This document shows positions 20,601 through 26,610 of a DNA stretch of 32,000 nt, piece by piece. Source of the stretch: Gemmata obscuriglobus (GTDB lineage: Bacteria > Planctomycetota > Planctomycetia > Gemmatales > Gemmataceae); NCBI RefSeq assembly GCF_008065095.1, contig NZ_CP042911.1:6480001-6512000 (forward strand). Direction: 5' to 3'. The first letter of the stretch is position 1; each line of letters opens with the position of its first letter. The notes below the pieces were generated by a model. It did not search any database, was not told the DNA's origin, and worked only from the letters and a program-made list of their open reading frames with translations. The position numbers and the translations under genes were made by a program.

Positions 20601-21241
20601 TGGGCGTCGGTCGCGACCCCGCCTTCGGTCAGCGCCCGCAGCAGCGACCGCCCCATCCGCTCGACGAACTCCGCCGACACCCCGGCTGGGTGAACGATCA
20701 CGCCGCTGAGGCGCGGGCCGGCGCGGCCCGCCCGGGCGGCGGACACCGCCCCGCCGATCACCCGCGCCCGCTCGTCGATCTCGAAGTCCGACACCGGCGG
20801 GCTGCTGAGGGTCAGCATCACCGCGACCGTGTCCCCGAAGTCCTTATCGAGCTTCGGCCTGAGCGGCGGCCCGCCGACGCTCGGCAGATCGTCCAGCGCG
20901 TCCAGTTTCGCGGCCAGGTCCTGCCACACCTGCTCCGCGTTCCGGGTGGTGTCGAACAGCGTGACGAACACCACCGACTGCCCCTGCCGGCTGATCGAGT
21001 TGACCCGCTCGACGGCCGGGTTCTCGGTCATCTTCTTCTCGACCTTACGCGTCACCTGTTGCTCGACGTCCGTCGGGTTCGCGCCCGGGTACGGGGTGAT
21101 AATGACCCCGCTGCGGATCTGGATTTGGGGGTCCTGGCGCTGCGGCATCTGGCTGTACGAGTACAGCCCCCACGCGATCGTGACGAGGAGCAGGGACCAC
21201 GCGACCGGGCGCTTGTAGACGAAGAACTGAGAAGCGGTCAT
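17630..21241 (-). CDS. RND-family efflux transporter permease (AcrB/CzcA superfamily), unusually long at about 1203 aa
   Basis: Start taken at ATG 21241 (MTASQFFVYKRPVAWSLLLVTIAWGLYSY), which overlaps the MFP stop as ATGA; the track ORF runs upstream to 21415. There are twelve-TM-like hydrophobic blocks. Conserved RND stretches: SIAALIIALGLLVDDPVV and GVIVSHVIVLFEYIEE. Confidence 0.9.
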   Translation of the reverse strand: MTASQFFVYKRPVAWSLLLVTIAWGLYSYSQMPQRQDPQIQIRSGVIITPYPGANPTDVEQQVTRKVEKKMTENPAVERVNSISRQGQSVVFVTLFDTTRNAEQVWQDLAAKLDALDDLPSVGGPPLRPKLDKDFGDTVAVMLTLSSPPVSDFEIDERARVIGGAVSAARAGRAGPRLSGVIVHPAGVSAEFVERMGRSLLRALTEGGVATDAQYVAALGAGVLDFQLAPGRTEAGARAAIEAWERDALGSGTGHPDVWPGVLVSDPARLGPALKERVRSVPGGVARYTFKQMREYADLIQDRLRQSKFVGRIDQLGTQDEAVFLYYSNRRLTELGLDPSAINARLAARNINLPGGQVELPGQTLAVKPSGEFKSEADLGGVPLDARPGYPLYLRDVVEVVRGYQDPPRQLHYRTIRGDEQPGPRRAVTLAVRHIKGTQIAEFDADVAAKLDALKAELPDDLRVERTSNEPLQVEKKIHQFADCLIEAVLIVVVVALVFMEWRSALLVAASIPLAVAMTIGLCHLVGIDIQQISIAALIIALGLLVDDPVVASDAINRELAEGRPRDVAAWLGPQKLARAILYATVTNIVAFLPLLLIGGGSGEFIYSLPVVVTASLVASRVVSMTFMPLLGYYLLRGQKGLAGAHPDERAGFAGLYTRVCRACIAHRWLTLFAATAALVTGVSLVPLIGSAFFPKDLHNTFTVNVFLPEGTSIRDAAAEAERVTRLVDAEAGDEVTAYTTFVGQGGPRFWLSVVPEQPAPNYAQILVHTRDAHATAALADRLKLVLPPHATGRLTVEVLESGPPIGVPVQIRVYGTDIAELRRLGAQVKGVMRSIPGTDNIHDDWDPDALQFGLRVRPDRAAVSGVTNEDVAAVTQAGLSGTAATYLRERDRLIPIALRLRPDERARTEDLANLTVFNSQSGSKVPLDQVSEFKLEAVPPKVLRRDNERCMTIKCDALPGTLPSAVVDEVEKKLKPVSAEWPPGYRFAVGGEKEEQEKGFKSIATAGLVSMLAIYLALVVQFNSLTKPLLVYAAVPFGMVGGLMGLLAFNVPLGFFAGLGLSSLMGVIVSHVIVLFEYIEEAHEKGEPVREAVVDAGLARLRPVLVTVLATVGGLIPLALKGGPLWEPLCYVQIIGLLVATGVTLLLVPVLYVVFVEDLGLVRWDATGTHADGPPPLDEHGLPKEPPHGPDPATNTHSEQPQ

Positions 21242-22479
21242 CGGGTGCCCTCCGAACCGGTCGCGGCCGGGTTGCCGAGCGGCTTCACAACCGCGCCTTC
21301 GAACAGCCGCGGCGCGCCCGCGACCACCACCTCGTCGCCGGGCCGCAACCCGCCGGGCGTGCCGGCGCGGATCGCGGCACGTGCGTCGAGCACGCCGTCC
21401 AGTTCCACCGGGCACGCGCGGGCGGTGACCCGGTCGCCGTCGCGCGCCACCTTGTAAGCCACCAGCCGCCCCGCACCGGCCGCCTCGCGCGTGACCGCGA
21501 CGAGCGGCAACAGGGTGGCCGTTTGGTCCTCGCCGATGGTCGCGGTTGCCACCATCCCGGGCCGCAGGCCGCGCGGCTCCGCCACGCGCACTTCGACGAG
21601 GTACGTGCGCGTCTGGGCGTCCGCGGTCGGGGCGATCTTGGTGATGACCCCGCGGAACCGGTCGTCCGGCAGCGCGTCCGCGGTGACCGCGACCGTGCCG
21701 CCGAGCGTCAACCGGCCGACGACCGAATCGGACACGCCGAACGCGATCCGCACGCTCGACAGGTCGACCACCTGGAACGACTTCTGCCCCGCGGCGACGC
21801 GCTCGTTGGCCTCGACGTACCGGGTCGCGATCGTGCCCTCGGGGTAGGGCATCCGCAGGGCACAGTAGGCGAGGTTGGCGTCGGCCTGGGCGAGTTGCAC
21901 CTTCGCGCCATCGACCTCGCGAGCGGCCGAGTTCACGTTCGCCGCGGTCGTTTCTGCCCTGGACTTGGCCGTATCGAAGTCGGCCCGCGAGCCGGCCCCG
22001 CCTTCCAGGGTCCGGCGCGCGCGGTCGAACTCCTTGCTCGCGCTGTCGGCGTCGGCCCGCGCGGACACCAGCTTCGCCTCCGCCTGCGCGAGCCGCTCGG
22101 CGGCGAGCACCCGGTCCCGCTGGTAGTCGGCCGGGTCGAGCCGCGCGAGCACGGTTCCCGCCGGGAACCGGTCGCCCTCGTGCAGGTCGCGGTCACCGCC
22201 GCCGGGACGTTCCACGCGGTGCAACGCCTCCACCGTGCCACCGACCCGGAACGACAGTTCGACCCGCTGCCACTCCTTCACGGTGCCGCTGTACCGGAGC
22301 GCCCGGGTCAGGGTTTCCGGGCTCAGCCGCACGGTTGTAACCGCGATGGGGGGCGGGTCCACGGCGGCCGGTTTCCGCGACTGCGCGACGGCCACGAGGG
22401 TGCTCCGGGCGAACACTGCGACGCCGATCACCAGAGGGACGACCACTATCCAGGCCGCCATTTTTTGACGGATCGTCAT
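21238..22479 (-). CDS. Efflux RND periplasmic adaptor (membrane fusion protein, HlyD family)
   Basis: 413 aa. The N-terminal TM anchor is AAWIVVVPLVIGVAVF. It has a coiled-coil hairpin (ERLAQAEAKLVSARADADSASKEFDRAR ... AREVDGAKVQLAQADANLAYC), beta-barrel/MP domains, and the typical PGMVATATI segment. Confidence 0.88.
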   Translation of the reverse strand: MTIRQKMAAWIVVVPLVIGVAVFARSTLVAVAQSRKPAAVDPPPIAVTTVRLSPETLTRALRYSGTVKEWQRVELSFRVGGTVEALHRVERPGGGDRDLHEGDRFPAGTVLARLDPADYQRDRVLAAERLAQAEAKLVSARADADSASKEFDRARRTLEGGAGSRADFDTAKSRAETTAANVNSAAREVDGAKVQLAQADANLAYCALRMPYPEGTIATRYVEANERVAAGQKSFQVVDLSSVRIAFGVSDSVVGRLTLGGTVAVTADALPDDRFRGVITKIAPTADAQTRTYLVEVRVAEPRGLRPGMVATATIGEDQTATLLPLVAVTREAAGAGRLVAYKVARDGDRVTARACPVELDGVLDARAAIRAGTPGGLRPGDEVVVAGAPRLFEGAVVKPLGNPAATGSEGTR

Positions 22480-22488
22480 ATTTGGTCC

Positions 22489-22510
22489 AAAAAAAAGCCG
22501 ATTATTCGGC
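22489..22510 (-). terminator. Short hairpin + T8 between tetR and the MFP gene (weak terminator/attenuator candidate)
   Basis: The minus strand reads GCCGA-ataa-TCGGC followed by TTTTTTTT. The tetR TAA stop lies in the loop. The MFP ATG (22479) is 9 nt beyond the T run. Confidence 0.4.
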
Positions 22511-23239
22511 CAGGCCAGCGAGACGGGATTCTTCCGGGAACACTTCCCGGAAGATGCGATGATGTGCGGTCGCGTGATCGGCCTCGTTCGACAGTGGTCG
22601 CCAGCCCAACCCGTCCAGGTAAACGGCGACCTGATCCCGGAGCGCGCGGAACGGATCGGTCACCCCGAGAGAACGGTAGAGGCTTGCGAAACTGTTCATG
22701 ATGGTGAAGGTGCCGATATGGATGGCCGCAAACCCTACGATCACGTCGCCCACGGAACGGTGCGCCGGAAGCGTGAGATCGCCCAGACGTATGGCTTCCT
22801 CGACCAGGGTTTGGATCGAGCCGAAACAGCGGCGCTCGAGAGCCTCAACTTCGTTGCGGCGCTCCTCGGAGGCCCGTTGCGAGAAGTCGTCTACCTTGAT
22901 GAGCAACTCGGACCGGAAGTGCAGGGGTTGGAGGGTGACGAAGATCTCCTCCGCCGCGGTGATGGCTTGCATGCGCTCGCGCGTTGTGCCGGCGAACCGG
23001 ACGGCCCGCTCGAACCACGCCACGCGGCGCCCCAGGCTCTGGATCGCGAGCGCACTGATCAAATCTTCCTTGGAACTGAAGTGCTGGTACACCGTCCCCT
23101 TGGAATATTCGGTCGCTTCCGCCAAGCGGTCCATGTTGAAACTCGCCAACCCACCCTCGGCAATCATGCGCCGCGCGAGGTCGAGGAACTCGACCTCGCG
23201 CTGCTGGAACTCGCGCTCTCGCCGATTTCGCGTCTTCAT
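22502..23239 (-). CDS. TetR/AcrR-family transcriptional regulator
   Basis: 245 codons from ATG 23239 (MKTRNRREREF...). The HTH region FLDLARRMIAEGGLASFNMDRLAEATEYSKGTVYQHFSSKEDL is classic TetR_N. The track start at 23275 is a TTG that coincides with the -35 hexamer of the predicted promoter. Confidence 0.88.
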   Translation of the reverse strand: MKTRNRREREFQQREVEFLDLARRMIAEGGLASFNMDRLAEATEYSKGTVYQHFSSKEDLISALAIQSLGRRVAWFERAVRFAGTTRERMQAITAAEEIFVTLQPLHFRSELLIKVDDFSQRASEERRNEVEALERRCFGSIQTLVEEAIRLGDLTLPAHRSVGDVIVGFAAIHIGTFTIMNSFASLYRSLGVTDPFRALRDQVAVYLDGLGWRPLSNEADHATAHHRIFREVFPEESRLAGLAE

Positions 23240-23242
23240 AGA

Positions 23243-23255
23243 GTCAATTATTGAC
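23243..23255. promoter_or_regulatory. Perfect 6-1-6 palindrome GTCAAT-T-ATTGAC overlapping the -10 element (candidate TetR operator)
   Basis: Read directly from the sequence. It overlaps the -10 hexamer, the usual position for an autoregulatory TetR operator. Confidence 0.45.
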
Positions 23256-23275
23256 GAGTCGTCACAAAAAGTCAA
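23247..23275 (-). promoter_or_regulatory. Near-consensus sigma70-type promoter of the tetR-efflux operon
   Basis: The minus strand reads TTGACT (23275-23270), a 17-nt spacer, AATAAT (23252-23247), TGACTCT, then ATG (23239). This geometry places the transcription start at or within 1-2 nt of the ATG, which would make the mRNA leaderless. Confidence 0.5.
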
Positions 23276-23513
23276 GCTGTTACGGATTCAAGGGGTGCCC
23301 CGAAGGTTTGGCGACGCTCAAGCGGCGGCCCAGAAATAGTGTCCAGTCCCGTCAACTCGCAGAGCGGTATCGGCCGGGAACGCACCACCACCGACAAGAA
23401 TGTAGTGCACATGCGACCAGAAGCAGGAGTGCAGCTCCAACCGTAAGCAGGCGCGCCGGGGGTCGGTTCAGATGTGCCTTTACGATCCCCGGCAGCGCGG
23501 CTTGCGTCGTCTG

Positions 23514-24402
23514 TTATTTGGCGGCGCCCGGAGTGACCACGATCGGTTCCTTGGGGGCCTTAGAATGGCCTTGGAACCGCGTGAAGTCGCGACCGGTGAT
23601 GTTCTTCATGTCCGCGACCATCAGTTCGTAGCTTTTCCCTTTCTGCGTGGAACTGTAGCTCGCTCGATTGTGCAATTGTTCACCGCTCGGTACGTATCCG
23701 GCGACGTACACGACCGTGGCGTCGGTGCCGGTTAACTCCTGCGCCCCGCCGCCGAGCAGTGCGACTCCGGCGAGAACGGCACCCTTTTCGACCGTTACCT
23801 CCCAGCGGCACTGGTACGCGGACGCCAGCATCAGCACGACTGGTTTGCCCGCTTTGACTGTGACGCGGACGCGGTGAAAATCGGCCGACCGGGGGGCCGA
23901 TGCAGGTGGGAAATGCGGCGGCGAGTAGTTCACGGTTCAGCAGCTCATTTTGGTAGATGGTGCGTCTGTCTCCCAGTGCGATCAGCTCTTTGACGGATTT
24001 TGGCAAGTCGACGCCGGCGAACGCCGTCTCGTCGTGAAATGACTTGAACCACATTGCCCGCCCCAGCGCTTTCGAGAGTGCCATCCGAACGCGTCTGGGG
24101 ACGGCGGTGGGATCGACGCCGTCGATCATACCCTTTTCGGCATCCTCATTTAGCACCTCATCGGCATCCTTCCGCAATCGCTTGCGGATGTACGCGCCCG
24201 GACCGCTGTCGGCACGCAACTGCTTGATCAGTTCCCGCCAGTCGGTGATCTCGTCCTCTTCGATCCCGCAGAAGCGTGGCTCGGAAGTCGAGACCACGTG
24301 AACCTCCGCGTCTGCGGGCAGGCTTTCGAACCTGTGCAGCAAAGTCCCGTCAGCGTGAATGGGGAGTGTGGCAAGGAGGGACGCGAACAGGGTTGCGAGC
24401 AT
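23514..24402 (-). pseudogene. Hypothetical exported protein gene split by a +1 frameshift at a G6/C6 run (pseudogene, sequencing error or slippage site)
   Basis: Frame A from ATG 24402 (MLATLFASLLATLPIHA...) is protein-like down to ...YQNELLNRELLAAAFPTCIGP. It then turns into an Arg-rich shadow tail that runs to 23680. Frame B becomes protein-like from about 23900 (…ADFHRVRVTVKAGKPVVLMLASAYQCRWEVTVEKGAVLAGVALLGG…) and stops at 23514. Frame B has a TGA just two codons upstream of its GTG at 23933. Removing one G from the G6 run (23891-23896) joins A and B into one 295-codon ORF. Confidence 0.55.
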
Positions 24403-24436
24403 AGTGTTTGCTCTGTTGAAGAGGTGTGACAAGAAA

Positions 24437-24469
24437 TATCGGGGCGGAAGTAAATTTCCGCCCCCGATA
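24437..24469 (-). terminator. Terminator-like hairpin in the leader of the hypothetical gene
   Basis: The minus strand forms a 13-bp stem with one bulged C (TATCGGGGGCGGAA-atttac-TTCCGCCCCGATA), followed by TTTCTTGTC. It ends 35 nt upstream of ATG 24402. Confidence 0.45.
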
Positions 24470-24545
24470 GCCAAGTCAACTAGTGCGCAGGTTTAGTGCC
24501 GGTGAAGCCTGGAGTAACGGTATCCAGAGCAAGGTCGCATTCAAA

Positions 24546-24575
24546 ATTGTCGCAACGTTGCTATGATTTTGTCAA
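24546..24575 (-). promoter_or_regulatory. Candidate promoter: consensus -35 TTGACA, 18-nt spacer, GACAAT
   Basis: On the minus strand, TTGACA lies at 24575-24570 and GACAAT at 24551-24546. An ATG (24540-24538) follows 5 nt after the -10 and opens a 15-codon ORF (MRPCSGYRYSRLHRH) ending at 24493. Confidence 0.3.
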
Positions 24576-25161
24576 TAGGATAGTAGGTATCGGAGTGAAA
24601 TTGATACCGTGCCGCGGTTTGCGTGGAGACCAATCACCAGCCAACGGTTGTCACAATTGGTTGTCTTAATTCAACTTGAGGAGGTGAAACTTCGGGAGAT
24701 TTGCGCCCCTGCTCACAGGACGAAGCCGAGTTCGTCGCTGAATCCAAGCGGGGTTCCGGAGCTTTCCGCATCCTGCACGCAAACGGGGGCAGACCTGGCT
24801 GAAATTGTTTGCTGATTACGATCCTCTTTATGCGATATCGCCGCTCGTAGAAATTGGCTGAAATCCATCGGAGCACGTTCTTCAGATCGAGCTGCATCAG
24901 GATGCGCGACGAATCGCCGACCGGCGTCGCGAGCGAGCCCCAGCCCGTCATGCGGGAACTCGGCCACCGGCCCGAGCCCGTTCCCGGTTATTCCCTCCAA
25001 GCCTGCGTTCTCTCTGCCGCCGCTATTGCTACTTAATTGATGAGTATTCTTCACACCGCCGCAATGGCTCGTAAAGTGAGCGGGAGACGAAGCCACAATC
25101 CGCGTAGCTCTGGCTTTGTCCCTTCGTCCGTCTGCCAACCGCCGCGGCCCACGCTCAACAC

Positions 25162-26499
25162 ATGAATCATTACGTTTCGCACCTCGAAGCCGCCATCGAC
25201 GGCACCGCCCTGCCCTTCGGCACGCTGGCGAACATGCACAACGGCCGGCCGATCTGGGTCCGTTACCACCTCGACAAGGTCCGCGCCGCGGTCACGTCGG
25301 ACGAGATTGCGAAGCGCCTCCCTTCCCTGTGGCGCTACCGCGAGTTGCTCCCGCTGCCGCGGGACGCCGAGCCCGTTACGCTCGGCGAGGGCATGACGCC
25401 ACTCCTGCACTGCCCGCGGCTGGGTCGGCAGTTGGGGCTGTCGCAGTTGTACGTAAAGGACGAGTCGCAACTGCCGACCGGCAGCTTCAAAAGTCGCGGA
25501 ATGGCCGCCGCCATCAGTATGGCGAAGTGGCTGGGCGTGAAGCGGGTGGCGCTCCCGACGGCGGGCAACGCCGGCGGGGCCGCGGCGGCCTACGCCGCCC
25601 GTGCGGGGATCGAGTGCTTCGTGTTCATGCCGCACGACACCCCCTCCGTGAACCAGTTCGAGGCGCAGCTCTACGGGGCCAAGGCGTTCCGCGTGAACGG
25701 GTTGATCAACGATTGCGGCAAGATCGTCAAAGACGGCGCCGAGCGTATGGGCTGGTTCGACCTATCAACGCTTAAGGAGCCGTACCGGCTCGAAGGCAAG
25801 AAGACGATGGGTTTGGAGCTGGCTGAGCAGTTCGGGAGGGGGTTGCAGGGGGAACCAACGGGCGGTTCCCCCTCACCGGCAGCGAGGGGGTTGCAGAGGG
25901 AACCAGCGAACGGTTCCCCCTCACCAGGAAGCTGGCAGTTACCGGACGTGATCTTCTACCCCACCGGGGGCGGAACCGGACTGGTCGGGATGTGGAAAGC
26001 GTTCGCCGAACTCGCGGAACTCGGCTGGCTGCGAGCGACTCCCGGACACGCATCCGGCATTCGCTTTCCTCGACTCATCTCCTGCCAGGCGGAGGGATGC
26101 GCCCCTATTGTGACGGCCTACCAGAAGGGCGAACGGTTCGCCGAACTGTTCCCGAACGCGCGGACGGTAGCCAGCGGGCTGCGGGTGCCCGTTGCAGTCG
26201 GCGACTTCATGATCCTCGATGCCATCCGCGCAAGCGGGGGCACCGCGGTGCTGGGTCGCGAGTCCGAAATCGCGCGCTGGATGCAGCGCGCCAGTTCCGC
26301 GGAAGGGATCAGCATCTGCCCCGAAACGGCGGTGTGCTTCGACGCACTCGAACGGATGGTAGCGGCGGGCGAAGTGAAACCTGACGAGCGGGTGGTGGTG
26401 TTCAACACCGGTGCGGCGCCCAAGTACCTCGAAGCGATGCCCTACGACCTCCCCTCCCTCGACAAGGACGCGCTCGACTGGGACAGGATCGCCGGCTGA
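25162..26499 (+). CDS. thrC: Threonine synthase-family PLP-dependent enzyme with an in-frame repeat insertion
   Basis: 445 aa. Family-typical segments: SLWRYRELLPL, LYVKDESQLPTGSFKSRGMAAAIS (PLP-lysine context), LPTAGNAGGAAAAYAARAGIECFVFMP, the glycine loop IFYPTGGGTGLVG, and CPETAVCFDAL. A threonine synthase assignment is more likely than other fold-type-II enzymes, but this is not proven. Confidence 0.7.
   Translation: MNHYVSHLEAAIDGTALPFGTLANMHNGRPIWVRYHLDKVRAAVTSDEIAKRLPSLWRYRELLPLPRDAEPVTLGEGMTPLLHCPRLGRQLGLSQLYVKDESQLPTGSFKSRGMAAAISMAKWLGVKRVALPTAGNAGGAAAAYAARAGIECFVFMPHDTPSVNQFEAQLYGAKAFRVNGLINDCGKIVKDGAERMGWFDLSTLKEPYRLEGKKTMGLELAEQFGRGLQGEPTGGSPSPAARGLQREPANGSPSPGSWQLPDVIFYPTGGGTGLVGMWKAFAELAELGWLRATPGHASGIRFPRLISCQAEGCAPIVTAYQKGERFAELFPNARTVASGLRVPVAVGDFMILDAIRASGGTAVLGRESEIARWMQRASSAEGISICPETAVCFDALERMVAAGEVKPDERVVVFNTGAAPKYLEAMPYDLPSLDKDALDWDRIAG
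25838..25933 (+). repeat. Two tandem 48-bp units, each containing a 10-bp-stem inverted repeat, in frame inside thrC
   Basis: Unit 1 (25838-25885) contains AGGGGGAACC-aacgggc-GGTTCCCCCT. Unit 2 (25886-25933) contains AGAGGGAACC-agcgaac-GGTTCCCCCT. They encode GLQGEPTGGSPSPAAR / GLQREPANGSPSPGSW. Confidence 0.85.
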
Positions 26500-26610
26500 T
26501 GCCCGATCCCCTCGCCCCTCACGTGGCGCGAGTTCTTTTCTGGCGTTGTACCGCGCCGGTCACTATCGTGTCGCGTAGGTCGGCACTTCTGGGTCGGGGG
26601 AATCGTACCA

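Noticed and set aside
23240-23275. Longer TetR start at TTG 23275 (MTFCDDSSIIDS...), as listed in the ORF track.
   Set aside because: The TTG is part of a TTGACT -35 hexamer. The extension would be translated through the -10 and the palindrome, and TetR HTH domains normally begin within about 15-20 residues of the N-terminus, which favours ATG 23239.
24609-25138. Overlapping ORFs in the low-GC patch: 24634-24951 (-), 24713-25138 (-), 24609-24815 (+) and 24854-25036 (+).
   Set aside because: They mutually overlap, none has a convincing start context or family signature, and their composition is erratic. I report the region as uncharacterised rather than calling any of them a gene.
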